From positions 7,378,001-7,442,000 of the forward strand of contig OX597816.1 in NCBI GenBank assembly GCA_951406725.2: a stretch of 64,000 nucleotides of DNA, given 5' to 3'. Made by a program: the position numbers and the translations under genes. The notes beneath the pieces were generated by a model, which saw only the letters and a list, made by a program, of their open reading frames with translations, did not search any database and was not told where the DNA came from. The number at the start of each line of letters is the position of its first letter. Positions within the stretch are counted from its first letter, which is position 1. This DNA is from Octopus vulgaris. Its lineage: Eukaryota. Shown piece by piece: positions 40,810 through 54,190 of this stretch.

Positions 40810-43500
40810 GTTCTTCCTTCCTTCCTTCCTTCCTTCCTTTCTTCCTTCCTTCCTTCCTTTCTTCCTTCATTTCTTTCTTCCTTCCTTCCCTCCTTTCTTC
40901 CTTCCTTCATTTCTTTCTTCCTTCCTTCCCTCCTTTCTTCCTTCCTTCCTTCTTCCTGCCTTCCTTTCTTCCATTCTTCCTTTCCTCCTTCCTTCCTTCC
41001 TTCCTTCCTTCCTTCCTTCCTTCCTTCCTTTCTTCCTTTCTTCCTTCCTTCCTTTCTTCCTTCCTTCCTTTCTTCCTTCCTTCCTTCCTTTCTTCCTTCC
41101 TTCCTTCCTTTCTTCCTTCCTTCCTTTCTTCCTTCCTTTCTTCCTTCCTTTCTTTCTTCCTTCCATCCTGCCTTCCTTTCTTCCTTTCTTCCTTCCTTCC
41201 TTCCTTCCTTCCTTCCTTCCTTCCTTCCTTCCTTCCTTCCTTCCTTCCTTCCTTCCTTCCTTCCTTCCTTCCTTTCTTTCCTTCCTTCCTTTCTTACTTC
41301 CTTTCTTCCTTCCTTTCTTCCTTCCTTCCTTCCTTCCTTCCTTCCTTCCTTTCTTCCTCCCTTTCTTTCTTCCTTCCTTCCTTCCTGCCTTCCTTTCTTC
41401 CTTCCTTCTTCCTTTCTTCCTTCCTTCCTTCCTTTCTTTCTTTCTTCCTTCCTTCCTTCCTTCCTGCCTTCCTTTCTTCCTTCCTTCCTTCCTTTCTTCC
41501 TTCCGTCCTTCCTTCCTTCCTTCCTTCCTTTCTTCCTTCAATTCTTTCTTCCTTCCTTCCTTCCTTCCTTTCTTCCTTCATTTCTTTCTACCTTCCTTCC
41601 TTCCTTTCTTCCTTCCTGCCTTCCTTTCTTCCTTTCTTCCTTTCTTCGTTCGTTCATTCCTTCCTTCCTCCCGTCCTTCCTTTCTTCCGTCCTTTCTTTC
41701 TTCCGTCCTTCCTTTCTTCCTTTCTTCCTTCCTTCCTTTCTTCCTTCCTTCCTTCCTATCTTTCTTCCTTTCTTTCTTCCTTCCTTCCTTTCTTTCTTCC
41801 TTCCTTCCTTCCTTCCTCCCTTCCTTTCTTCCTTCCTTTCTTTCTTCCTTCCTGCATTCCTTTCTTCCTTTCCTTCCTTTCTTCCTTCCTTCCTTTCTTC
41901 CTTCCTTCCTTTCTTCCTTCCTTCCTTCCTTCCTTCCTTCCTTCCTTTCTTCCTTCCTTTCTTTCTTCCTTCCATCCTGCCTTCCTTTCTTCCTTTCTTC
42001 CTTTCTTCCTTCCTTCCTTTCTTCCTTCCTTCCTTTCATCCTTCCTTCCTTCCTGCCTTCCTTTCTTCCTTCCTTCCTTCCTGCCTTCCTTTCTTCCTTC
42101 CTTTCTTCCTTCATTCCTTCCTTCCTTGCTTCATTCCTTTCTTCCTTCGTTACTTTCTTCCTTCCTTCCTTCCTGCCTTCCTTTCTTCCTTTCTTCCTTT
42201 CTTCCTTCCTTCCTTCCTTCCTTCCTTCCTTCCTTCCTGCCTTCCTTTCTTCCTTTCCTTCCTTCCTTTCTTCCTTCATTCCTTCCTTGCTTTCTTACTT
42301 TCGTCCTTCCTTCCTTCCTTCCTTCCTTTCTTCCTTCTTTTCTTTCTTCCTTCCTTCCTTACTTCATTCCTTCCTTCCTTCTTCCTTCCTTCCTTCCTTC
42401 CTTCCTTCCTTCCTTCCTTCCTTCCTTCCTTACTTCATTCCTTCCTTCCTTCCTTCCTTTCTTCCTTCATTCCTTCCTGCTTTCCTTTCTTCCTTCTTTC
42501 TTCCTTCCTTCCTTCCTTCCTTCCTTCCTTCCTTCCGTCCTTCCTTTCTTCCTTCCTTCCTTCCTTCCTTACTTCATTCATTCCTTCCTTCCTTTCTTCC
42601 TTCACTCCTTTCTTCCTTCCTTCCTTTCTTCCTTCCTTCCTTCCTGCCTTCCTTTCTTCCTTTCTTCCTTTCTTCATTCCTTCCTTCCTTCCTTCCTGCC
42701 TTCCTTTCTTCCTTTCTTCCTTTCTTTCTTCCTTCCTTCCTTCCTTTCTTCCTTCCTTCCTGACTTCCTTTCTTCCTTCCTTCCTTCCTTCCTGCCTTCC
42801 TTTCTTCCTTTTTTCTTCCTTCCTTCCTTACTTCATTCCTTCTTCCTTCCTTCCTTCCATCCTTCCTTCCTTTCTTTCTGCCTTCCTTCCATTCTTCCTT
42901 CCTTCCTGCCTTCCTTTCTTCCTTTCTTCCTTCCTTCCTTCCTTCCTTTCTTCATTCCTTCCTCTCTTCCTTCCTTCCTTCCTTTCTTCCTTTCCTTCCT
43001 TCCTTCCTTCCTTCCTTCCTGCCTTCCTTTCTTCCTTCCTTCCTTACTTCCTTCCTTCCTTCCTTCCTTCCTTTCTTCCTTTCTCTCTTCCTTCCTTCCT
43101 TCCTTCCTTTCTTCCTTCCTTCCTTCCTTCCTTACATCATTCCTTCCTTCCTTCCTTCCTTCTTCCTTCCTTCCCTTCTTCCTTCCTTCCTTCCTTTCTT
43201 GCTTCCTTCCTTACTTCATTCCTTCCTTCCTTTCTTCCTTCCTTCCTTCCTGCCTGCCTTCCTTTCTTCCTTCTTTCTTCCTTCCTTCCTTCCTTCCTTC
43301 CTTCCTTCCTTCCTTCCTTCCTTCCTTCCTTCCTTCCTTCCTTCCTTCCTTCCTTCCTTCCTTCCTTCCTTCCTTCCTTCCTTTCTTCCTTCCTTCCTTC
43401 CTGTCTTCCTTTCTTCCGTCCTTTCTTCCTTCCTTCCTTCCTTCCTTCCTTCCTTCCTTCCTTCCTTACTTACTTCATTCCTTCCTAACTTCCTTTCTTC

Positions 43501-43533
<33 letters not shown>

Positions 43534-46500
43534 TTCCTTCCTGCCTTCCTTCCTTCCTTCCTTCCTTACTTCATTCCTTTCTTCCTGCCTTCCTTTCTTC
43601 CTTTCTTCCTTTCTTCCTTCCTTCCTTCCTTCCTTCCTTCCTTCCTTTCTTCCTTTCTTCCTTTCTTCCTTCCTTTCTTCCTTCCTTCCTTACTTCCTTC
43701 CTTCCTTCCTTCCTTCCTTCTTCCTTCCTTCCTTCCTTCCTTTCCTTTCTTCCTTTCCGTTCTTCCTTTCTTCATTCCTTCCTTCCTTCCTTTCTGCCTT
43801 CCTTTCTTCCTTCCTTCCTTTCTTCCTTCCTTCCTTCCTGCCTTCCTTTCTTCCTTCCTTCCTCTCTTCCTTCCTTCCTTCCTTCCTTTCTTCCTTTCTT
43901 CTTTTCTTCATTCCTTCCTTCCTTCCTTCCTGCCTTCCTTTCTTCCTTTCTCCCTTCCTTCCTTTCTTCCTTCCTTCCTTCCTTCCTTCCTTCTTCTTCC
44001 TTCCTTATTTCATTCCTTCCTTCCTTCCTTCCTTCCTTCCTTCCTTTCTTCCTTCCTTCCTTTCTTCCTTCCTTCCTTTGTTTCTTCCTTCCTTCCTGCC
44101 TTCCTTTCTTACTTCCTTTCTTCCTTCCTTTCTTCCTTCCTTCCTTCCTTCCTTTCTTCCTTCCTTCCTTCCTGCCTTCTTTTCTTCCTTCCTTCATTTC
44201 TTCCTTCCATCCTTCCTTCCTTCCTGCCTTCCTTTCTTCCTTTCTTCCTTTCTTCCTTCTTTCTTCCTTCCTTCCTTACTTCATTCCTTCTTTCCTTCCT
44301 TCATTCCTTCCTTCCTTTCTTCCTTCCTGCCTTCCTTTCTTCATTTTTTCCGTTCTTCCTTTCTTCATTCCTTCCTTCCTTCCTTTCTGCCTTCCTTTCT
44401 TCCTTCCTTCCTTTCTTCCTTCCTTCCTTCCTGCCTTCCTTTCTTCCTTCCTTCCTCTCTTCCTTCCTTCCTTCCTTCCTTCCTTCCTTCCTTTCTTCTT
44501 TTCTTCATTCCTTCCTTCCTTCCTTCCTGCCTTCCTTCCTTCCTTTCTCCCTTCCTTCCTTTCTTCCTTCCTTCCTTTCTTCCTTCCTTCCTTCCTTTCT
44601 TCCTTCCTTCCTTATTTCATTCCTTCCTTCCTTCCTTCCTTCCTTCCTTTCTTCCTTTCTTCCTTCCTTCCTTTCTTCCTTCCTTCCTTTGTTTCTTCCT
44701 TCCTTCCTGCCTTCCTTTCTTACTTCCTTCCCTTCCTTTCTTCCTTCCTTTCTTCCTTCCTTCCTTCCTTCCTTCCTTCCTTTCTTCCTTCCTTTCTTTC
44801 TTCCTTCCTTCCTTCCTTCCTTCCTTCCTTCCTTCCTTCCTTCCTTCCTTCCTTCCTTTCTTTCTTTCTTCCTTCCTTCCTTCCTTCCTGCCTCCTTCCT
44901 TTCTTCCTTCCTTCCTTCCTTCCTTTCTTCCTTCCGTCCTTCCTTCCTTCCTTCCTTCCTTACTTCCTTCCTTCCTTCATTTCTTTCTTCCTTCCTTTCT
45001 TCCTTCATTTCTTTCTACCTTCCTTTCTTCCTTCCTTCCTTTCTTTCTTCCTTCCTTCCTGCCTTCCTTTCTTCCTTTCTTCCTTTCTTCGTTCGTGCAT
45101 TCCTTCCTTCCTTTCCTTCCTTTCTTCTTTCTTTCTTCCGTCCTTCCTTTCTTCCTTTCTTCCTTCCTTCCTTTCTTCCTTCCTTCCTTCCTTCCTTTCT
45201 TTCCTTTCTTTCTTCCTTCCTTCCTTCCTTTCTTTCTTCCTTCCTTCCTTCCTTCCTCCCTTCCTTTCTTCCTTCCTTTCTTTCTTCCTTCCTGCATTCC
45301 TTTCTTCCTTTCCTTCCTTTCTTCCTTCCTTCCTTTCTTCCTTCCTTCCTTTCTTCCTTCCTTCCTTCCTTCCTTCCTTCCTTCCTTCCTTTCTTCCTTC
45401 CTTTCTTTCTTCCTTCCATCCTGCCTTCCTTTCTTCCTTTCTTCCTTTCTTCCTTCCTTCCTTTCTTCCTTCCTTTCTTTCTTCCTTCCTTCCTTCCTGC
45501 CTTCCTTTCTTCCTTCCTTCCTTCCTGCCTTCCTTTCTTCCTTCCTTTCTTCCTTCATTCCTTCCTTCCTTGCTTCATTCCTTTCTTCCTTCGTTACTTT
45601 CTTATTCCTTCCTGCCTTCCTTTCTTCCTTTCTTCCTTTCTTCCTTCCTTCCTTCCTTCCTTTCCTTTCTTCCTTTCTTCCTTCCTTTCTTCCTCCATTC
45701 CTTCCTTCCTTTCTTACTTTCGTCCTTCCTTCCTTCCTTCCTTCCTTTCTTCCTTCTTTTCTTTCTTCCTTCCTTCCTTCCTTCCTTCCTTCCTTCCTTC
45801 CTTCCTTCCTTCCTTCCTTCCTTCCTTCCTTCCTTCCTTCCTTCCTTCCTTCCTTCTTTCCTTCCTTACTTCATTCCTTCCTTCCTTCCTTTCTTCCTTC
45901 CTTCCTTCCTGCTTTCCTTTCTTCCTTCTTTCTTCTTTCCTTCCTTCCTTCCTTCCTTCCTTCCTTCCTTCCTTCCTTCCTTCCTTCCTTCCTTCTTTTC
46001 TTCCTTCCTTCCTTCCTTCCTTCCTGCCTTCCTTTCTTCCTTTCTTCCTTTCTTCCTTCCTTCCTTTCTTCCTTCCTTCCTTCCTTCCTTCCTTCCTTCC
46101 TTCCTTCCTTCCTTCCTTCCTTCCTTCCTTCCTTCCTTCCTTCCTTCCTTCCTTCCTTCCTTCCTTACTTCATTCCTTCCTTCCTTCCTTCCTTTCTTCC
46201 TTCCTTTCTTTCTTCCTTCCTTTCTTCCTGCTTTCCTTTCTTCCTTTCTTCCTTTCTTCATTCCTTCATTCCTTCCTTCCTTCCTTCCTTCCTTACTTCA
46301 TTCCTTCCTTCCTTCCTTCCTGCCTTCCTTTCTTCCTTCCTTTCTTCCTTCCTTCCTTCCTGCCTTCCTTTCTTCCTTTCTTCCTTTCTTCATTCGTTCC
46401 TTTCTTCCTTCCTTCCTTCCTTCCTTCTTTTCTTCCTTCCTTCCTTTGTTCCTTCCTTCCTTCCTTCCTGCCTTCCTTTCTTCCTTTCTTCCTTTCTTCC

Positions 46501-47680
46501 TTCTTTCTTCCTTCCTTCCTTCTCTTCCTTCCTTCCTTCCTTTCTTCCTTCCTTCCTTCCTTCCTTCCTTCCTTCCTTCCTTCCTTCCTTCCTTCCTTCC
46601 TTTCTTCCTTTCTTCCTTTCTTCCTTCCTTCCTTTCTTCCTTCCTTCCTTCCTGCCTTTCTTTCCTCCTTCTTTCTTCCTTCCTTCTTTCTTCCTTCCTT
46701 CCTTCCTTCCTTCCTTCCTTCCTTCCTTCCTTCCTTCCTTCCTTCCTTTCTTCCTTCCTTCCTTCCTTCCTTCCTTTCTTCCTTCTTCTCTTTCCTTCCT
46801 TCCTTCCTTACTTCATTCCTTCCTTCCTTCCTTCCTTCCTTCCTTCCTTCCTTCCTTCCTTCCTTCCTTTCTTCCTTCCTTCCTGCCTTCCTTTCTTCCT
46901 TCCTTCCTTCGTTCCTTCCTTCCTTCCTGCCTTCCTTTCTTCCTTCCTTCCTTCCTTTCTTCCTTGCTTCCTTCCTTCCTTCCTTGCTTCCTTCTTTTCT
47001 TCCTTTCTTCCTTTCTTCCTTCCTTCCTTTCTTCCTTCCTTCCTTCCTGCCTTCCTTTCTTCCTTTCTTCCTTTCTTCCTTCCTTCCTTTCTTCCTTTCT
47101 TCCTTCCCTCCTTCCTTTCTTCCTTCTTCCTTCCCTCCTTCCTTCCTTCCTTCCACCCTTCCTTCTTTCCTTCCTTCCTTCCTTCCTTCCTTCCTTCCTT
47201 CCTTCCTTCCTTTCTTCCTTCCTTCCTGCCTTCCTTTCTTCCTTCCTTCCTTCGTTCCTTCCTTCCTTCCTTCCTTCCTTTCTTCCTTCCTTCCTTCCTT
47301 TCTTCCTTGCTTCCTTCCTTCCTTCCTTGCTTCCTTCTTTTCTTCCATTCTTCCTTTCTTCCTTCCTTTCTTTCTTCCTTCCTTCCTTCCTGCCTTCCTT
47401 TCTTCCTTTCTTCCTTTCTTCCTTCCTTCCTTTCTTCCTTTCTTCCTTCCCTCCTTCCTTTCTTCCTTCTTCCTTCCTTCCTTCCTTCCTTCCTTCCACC
47501 CTTCCTTCTTTCCTTCCAACCTTCCTTCCTTCCTTCCTTCCTTCCTTCCTGCCTTCCTTCCTTACTTCATTCCTTCCTTTCTTTCTTCCTTCCTTCTTTC
47601 CTTCCACCCTTCCTTTCTTTCTTCCTTCCTTCCTTTCTTACTTCCTTCCTTGCTTCATTCCTCCCTTCTTTTCTTTCTTT
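40810..47680. repeat. 6.9-kb degenerate (CTTC)n/(CTTT)n polypyrimidine satellite
   Basis: Direct reading. Diagnostic variant blocks recur at about 3.4-kb offset. Confidence 0.98.
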
Positions 47681-47710
47681 CTGATGAAGGACTAACATCC
47701 AAAACGTTAT
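47677..47710 (+). ncRNA. Degenerate minimal hammerhead directly after the (CTTC)n tract
   Basis: CUGAUGA-A-GGA-CUAACA-UCC-(A)AAAC-GUU. G12 is replaced by A. Confidence 0.45.
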
Positions 47711-47805
47711 ACCAAACTATTAAACTGTTTAACCAAACACAGACTTGTTCTTCCTGCGTTGTACCTCTTTAATGTTCACTGATTTTAAACTATACAGCTT
47801 TTAAA

Positions 47806-47839
<34 letters not shown>

Positions 47840-48320
47840 ACACACATATATTCATCTCTCATGACATCAAAAAAATCTGTTGTGTGTGCTGTGCAGATGG
47901 ACCATCGGTTATGTTGGAGGCAAAACCTAGACTTTAAGTCTTTGTGAGAAAGCCAGAGCCACACGTGGAAAGCAATCATTGTCAAACAGTGGCCTCAAAA
48001 AGAGGGAAGGCTTGGAATTAAACAATATAAATCAAGAATTTTGTGGAAAGTGGAATTTGTAACCACTTCCCATGCCTAGACGTGGATACAAATCGTTGTT
48101 CGTTTCTCTTCCACGAATGTTTTGGAGGATTTCAAAGCAAAAATGTTATCAAAGTTTTTAAAAGTTTGTGAAGCGAATCACTTTTTCTTTATTTTCTATC
48201 CCACGGGTATCGAGGGCAGCCCTTGGGAAATTAGGTTTCTTTTTACCTGCGCTGCAATAAAAAAAAATCCATCTATTTGGTAATACTTGAAATAAAACTT
48301 ATTTGAAATAAGAGTCGATT

Positions 48321-48364
<44 letters not shown>

Positions 48365-48387
48365 CGGCGGCAGCAACAACATAAAAA

Positions 48388-48582
48388 TCCTTTCTATTAA
48401 AAGCACAAGGCCTGAAATTTTGGGAGCTTACATGGACCCGAGTGTTTTACTGGTATCGACCTCGAAAGGATGAAAAGCAAAGTCCATCTCGGCGGCATTT
48501 GAACTCAGAACGCACAGACGGACTAAATGCCGCTAAGCATTTCACCTGGCGTGCTAACAATTCTGCCAGCTCGCTGCCTTAA
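48388..48582 (-). mobile_element. SINE family D
   Basis: Family match. Confidence 0.85.
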
Positions 48583-48584
48583 GA

Positions 48585-48585
<1 letters not shown>

Positions 48586-48645
<60 letters not shown>

Positions 48646-48709
48646 CAACAACAACAACAACAATAATAATAATAATAATAATGATAATGATGATGATGAT
48701 GATGATGAT

Positions 48710-48741
<32 letters not shown>

Positions 48742-48754
48742 CGATGATGATGAT
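48586..48754. repeat. Compound (TAA)(CAA)(GAT)(GAC) microsatellite
   Basis: Direct reading. Confidence 0.95.
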
Positions 48755-48759
48755 TTAAA

Positions 48760-48903
48760 ATTTTAGCACAAGGACAGCAATTTTAGGAGACGGTACATAT
48801 TTTATTGACCCCAAAAAGGTTAAAGGGAAAGTCGACTTCGGCGGCATTTGAACTCAGAACGTAAAGACGGACGAAATGCCGCCAAGCATTTCGCCCGGCG
48901 TCC
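48760..48903 (-). mobile_element. SINE family D, partial
   Basis: Family match. Confidence 0.78.
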
Positions 48904-48905
48904 TA

Positions 48906-48906
48906 A

Positions 48907-48938
<32 letters not shown>

Positions 48939-49140
48939 AGAAGAAGAAGAAGAAGAAGAAGAAGAAGAAGAAGAAGAAGAAGAAGAAGAAGAAGAAGAAG
49001 AAGAAGAAGAAGAAGAAGAAGAAGAAGAAGAAGGAGAAGAAGAAGAAGGAGAAGGAGAAGAAGAAGAAGAAGAAGAAGAAGAAGAAGAAGAAGAAGAAGA
49101 AGAAGAAGAAGAAGAAGGCAAGGAGGAGGAGAAGAAGAGG
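48906..49140. repeat. (GAAA)n(GAA)n microsatellite
   Basis: Direct reading. Confidence 0.96.
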
Positions 49141-50784
49141 ACGTTGGTTATATTTTAGTGGGTTAAATCGTTTATGTAACTTCACACATGGCAAACTTTC
49201 TTGTCACTCAATAATTAAACCAGAAGTATTCGTTGTGTTTTCGTTGTTGCTTGTAGATAAAGATCTTTGTTTAAATCTTTTTGGTATATAAGTGTATTTA
49301 TACAAAAATTTGCCTTTTTTTGTTGTTGAAAAGATAATTTGAAATATTAAAACGATTGCATTCCTCGGAGAAAAATTCTCTTTATGTCAGTCTTGAGTTA
49401 CAATGTTAAAAAACAAGAAGTAATTGTCCAATGTACACAGAATTAGTATCACATGTTTTAAATAAATTAGGTGTGTTCAAGGTTGTTTTTTAAAAATCAT
49501 CGACGCATGTCAATACTATTATTTCATTGGCTTGCTAGAAAATTTGCCCTCATAAATATTATTATCATACACTTTATCTCAGAATTATATTATTGGAAGG
49601 TTTCTGGAAATATTTAAAGTTTCCTGACAAACGCCAAACAATTCTAATGGCAATTTCGACTCTCTTATGAACTTAGAGAGTTACATTCCAAGCTTTACAA
49701 TATCTTTCAGATAAAAAAACACATGTACTCTGGGACACACATCATCGAAAGTAATTTTAATAAAACCATTGAGAAGCACAGTGCAATTTCAGAGATGAAA
49801 TAGGAACTGTAAAATTGTTCTGCAGATTGGTAACCCTTCCAAAAGGAAAAATTACAGCTTATAAAATCTCAACAAAACATCAGAAATACATAACTACATT
49901 CCGTAGCTTTTATCATTTTATTCGTTCTAGATTTTGGATTGCGGCCATGCTGGAACACTGGCTTCTAGATATCGTCGGTTTATATCGACTGCTACATTAT
50001 GTTACCTATATTGGAAGGATGGGGTAGACCTAGGCAGAATTTGAATTTACAATGTAAAAAGGTCATAACTAAATATCAAATTATATTTTGTTCGACGCTC
50101 TCTCGATTCTGTGGTGTCTTCTTCCATACAAATGCAGAGATGGTTGTGTGGTTCACAAAGACGGGGTTTTAAGTTCAATCCCACTGTGCCCCAGCTAGGG
50201 CTGAATGGCTTCCAGTCGACATTGTAACATTTTGTTGACAAAAGCTAAACTGTCTGGAAATCTGTTGAAGGGGACCAAATTCGTGTTTCCGAGCGAGTGA
50301 AATTTATCCTTCTCCCGACTTCACATCACCCTCAGAAACTTAAGTGCTTTTAACATCACCCGAGAGCTTTAAATGCCATTCGCTGATTACATTCGCCGCT
50401 CTTGCTCATTGAAGAGGTGGAATAGATAAGATTGCTCCCTGAACTAGTTAGGGCTTGGTCTTAAGCAGCCACCAACAAACTCTCTTTAAATCTTCACTCC
50501 GCAACTACTCCTGCGATGACTCCTGATTTTTTACTTTTGGGAGAGACAAGAAAAAGTATGTACCGTCATAGAGGGTAGCTGTGCTGCTGATGTGAATATC
50601 CTGAGGGTCATGAGAAACTCAAAGGCAAAGAAGATAACTACGAACAACTGCTTTGAAACTTCCAGCTTCTTATATCTGATGCATCGCAGGTTCGAACCAT
50701 GTACCTTCACCGAACAACGTTACTAGCTATCACAATCCACTATTTATGCGTAGTGGACCAGCCCACTTCTACCCTGGGGGCGTC

Positions 50785-50990
50785 CACACAGCAATACCCA
50801 GATTATAAATTCGGATTTATACCAATAATATTTGGTGCATTTAATTCAGTAAGTAAATGCTTAAGTGACACACAAGATAAGCTAGGGCTTTCGGAAAGAA
50901 GAAGTCAACCGATTAAATTGCTCATTACAATTGCAGTCTGTAAGTGGAACAGTAAGAATATGCAAGACTTTTTGTTATTTACATTCCAAT
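50785..50990 (+). mobile_element. Decayed R4/Dong-like LINE 3' end
   Basis: YPDYKFGFIPIIFGAFNSVSKCL followed (frameshift) by LQSVSGTVRICKTFL. Confidence 0.65.
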
Positions 50991-51087
50991 GGTGGAGCTT
51001 TGTATGTTTGTTAGAAACCAGTTCCTTCCTCAGAGGAAGAATTTAGATAATTGAAAACAGAAGGGAACGGATGTGTGTGTGTATGTG

Positions 51088-51300
51088 TGGGCGTATAGCT
51101 TAGTGGTTAGGATGTTGCACTCACGACCACGAGATAGTGGTTTCAATCCCTGGACCGGTTGATGAATTGTATTCTTAAGCAAAACACTTCACCTCACGGC
51201 GCTCTCCGTTCACTTCGACACCTGACTTGCGGTAGACCGTGCACCTGATCACGCAGCGTCGATCTGGTGAACCGAAAGAGCTTAATGTACAGCAAGAACA
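51088..51300 (+). mobile_element. Degenerate tRNA-derived SINE
   Basis: TAGCTTAGTGGTTAGG...GGTTTCAATCCC head, related to the 7.5 kb copy. Confidence 0.7.
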
Positions 51301-51399
51301 TTAAGGTTGCTATAAAGAAATAATTTCTGCAAGTCGCTCAACAAAACCTAAACACTTATACGGCATTTTGGACGGGAGTTCCGTCATAAATGTAACCAC

Positions 51400-51605
51400 A
51401 TGTGGACTGTCGGCGATTTTCTTTTCCTCCGTCTTCCTTTTCTTTTGGACTTTCCTCTCTCTCTCCTGTTCCTGAAGAAGAGCTTTACTCGAAACGTAAA
51501 ACACCTTTCTTTCCTTCCCTCAACGTCTTATTAATACTCTGCATGTACCACGTCCTCGCCCTGTTGTTTTTTCTTGTTGTCCTTTCCTGTTTTTTTAATA
51601 AGTTT
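51400..51605 (+). mobile_element. Family M mini-element (diverged) with HHR at 51467-51503
   Basis: UGUUC-CUGAAGA-A-GAG-CUUUA-CUC-GAAAC-GUA^AAACA. Flanks align with the 27.2 kb copy. Confidence 0.72.
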
Positions 51606-51609
51606 TATA

Positions 51610-52031
51610 GGCGCAGGAATGGCTGTGTGGTAAGTAGCTTGCTTACCAACTACATGGTTCCGGATTCAGTCCCACTGTGTGGCACCTTGGGCAAGTGTCT
51701 TCTACTATAGCCTCGGGTTGACCAAAGCCTTGTGAGTGGATTTGGTAGACGGAAACTGAAAGAAGCCCGTCGTATATATGTATATATATATATATATATA
51801 TGCGTGTGCGTGTATGTTTGTGTGTCTGTGTTTGTCCCTCTAGCATTGCATGACAACCGATGCTGGTGTGTTGACGTCCCCGTCACTTAGCGGTTCGGCA
51901 AAAGAGACCGATAGAATAAGTACTGGGCTTACAAAGAATAAGTCCCGGGGTCGAGTTGCTCGGCTAAAGGCGGTGCTCCAGCATGGCCGCAGTCAAATGA
52001 CTGAAACAAGTAAAAGAGTAAAGAGTAAAGA

Positions 52032-52033
<2 letters not shown>
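51610..52033 (+). mobile_element. SINE family A
   Basis: Family match. Confidence 0.93.
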
Positions 52034-52116
<83 letters not shown>

Positions 52117-52133
52117 TAGATAGATAGATAGTT

Positions 52134-52183
<50 letters not shown>

Positions 52184-52315
52184 AAGTTCAGTAAAATTTA
52201 GATTCAGATGAATATGGTACTTGAGTCAAAGGCACCAGAATTTGTATGGTATTATCCATATAAATTCATGGGGTGATTATAAATAAAAATAAGCAACAAG
52301 TATATCCGAGGTATT

Positions 52316-52401
52316 GTGGTACAATCGTTTCATGCTACTTCATTTTATTAAACACTGTAAGTACTACATCAGTTTTAAAATGTCGTGCAATCTTCAGTCA
52401 C
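52316..52401 (-). ncRNA. Type-I hammerhead motif, slightly degenerate
   Basis: GUGA-CUGAAGA-UUGC...GCAU-GAAAC-GAUU-GUA^CCAC. The host element (about 52188-52760) shares its end with 26851-26990. Confidence 0.58.
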
Positions 52402-52774
52402 TTATAGAAATTTTCCAATCAAACGGACAATGCACATTCTTATATATAATATTACAAATTTGGGATTTTACCAATAGAACCACAGCTCCTATTTCAGGAC
52501 AACCTTATTGTCTGGAATACACAAAGAAATCCCAAATTTGTAACAATAATATAAATGATACTGCTTACGTTGCATTAGTAAAGTGTAAAATAGTAAATGT
52601 CCCGATGACTTGCAATAATTATTATTTCACCAAAATCTGGAATTTCTACCTTGGTAAGTAGGTTGTTACATCTTTGATGTTTGTGTGAATTTTTGCTACC
52701 CTGGTAACTACTTATTTATTTTTTCCGTGTTATTTATAAACATTGAAAAAAATTCACATACATTATATATATAT

Positions 52775-52811
<37 letters not shown>

Positions 52812-53174
52812 AAGAAGCATTATAGAACAAACATTGAATTTAGGTCAGCGACTTTATATACAACACCACCCCTCAAACATTTATAAAAATCACCAAGGTC
52901 TACAAGCATAAAAAAATAATACATATACATAAAATCACAGAATGTAAAAATATATATATTCTAATAAAATACAAATAGACCGGTTTATCAAAAGTTAAAA
53001 ATAATGACTAAAAGTTCAAAACTATCAAAAAGTCTAATAAATAAAGATAAAAATAAAATAAAAATGTCTTCGTCTCATTTATATTTGAGCAGATCTTTTG
53101 CAGTCCTATAAACCCTTTTGTTTCTATAATAAGAGATAAATATAATTTCTTTTGTGTCTGTATATATCATCACA

Positions 53175-53470
53175 TCATCATCATGTGACCGACCAGTCCA
53201 TCCGATGTAGTTACACATCGCTGGTCACAATGCGTTCGCATTGTTTTAGCCTTTGAATGACGCCACCCCGTTGGCTAAGCGAGCAGGCCAACAGAAGAAA
53301 GAGTGGGAGAAAGAGTGGTGAAAGAGTACAGCAGGAATCACCACCCCCTGCCGGAGCCTCGTGGAGCTTTTAGGTGTTTTCGCTCAATAAACACTCACAA
53401 CGCCCGGTCTGGGAATCGAAACCGCGATCCTACGACCGCGAGTCCGCTGCCCTAACCACTAGGCCATTGC
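53175..53470 (-). mobile_element. SINE family C
   Basis: Matches 19589-19892. Confidence 0.9.
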
Positions 53471-53471
53471 A

Positions 53472-54190
53472 AGCAGGGATTACCCCACGTCACTAATTGA
53501 CAATGGGATCCAACGCGCCCTAAAACTCAGCACACAGGAACTTAGACGCCCTAAACCTGTTACATCGAAACCCCATACTCTACCATACATCTCTACACAC
53601 AACCCCTCAACAATAAAGCTTTTGACACCATCCTCCAGAACATTCCTGTATTAAAAAAAGACCATAGAATGAACCAAATCCTCCTAACACACGAAATCAT
53701 AAAGAGCAAAAGGCAACCCAAATCATTGAAAACCATCCTAACAAATGCCAAAGTACTGCCAACCACAACAACTAAACCCACAGTAAACAAATGCAATAGA
53801 CTCAACTGTGGTATATGCATCAACCTAATAGAAGGTCCGGAATTCCTTTTTAAACAAGAACAACGTTTCACAGTAAAACACAACTTCACATGCGCATCAG
53901 AAAACCTAGTATATGTCTTAACTTGCTCGGGCTGTAATGAACACTACATAGGCCAAACTAAAAATAGCCTCCGCCAACGCATGACTGTCCACAGATCCCA
54001 AATAAAAATACAGGAATACAGAAAAATAGCACTTAGTGCACATATTGATACCTGTACCGCACAACTTCATCCCAATTTTAGAATCTTTCCCCTCTACAAA
54101 TTTAAAGACAATGCCACTCATACCCAGCGAATAACCATGGAATCCCACCTTATTAATAAATACAGACCACTTCTAAACACATCCCCCTAA
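53472..54190 (+). pseudogene. PLE ORF C-terminus (Neptune-like: Cys linker plus GIY-YIG with CCHH residues), 5'-truncated
   Basis: RDYPTSLI...LPYISTHNP, then a frameshift, then KCNRLNCGIC...NLVYVLTCSGCNEHYIGQT...RMTVH...YRPLLN. Confidence 0.9.

Noticed and set aside
40523-47772. Very long ORFs (746-1852 aa) of LPSF/KEGR repeats
   Set aside because: These are translations of the stop-free (CTTC)n tract, open in several frames and on both strands.
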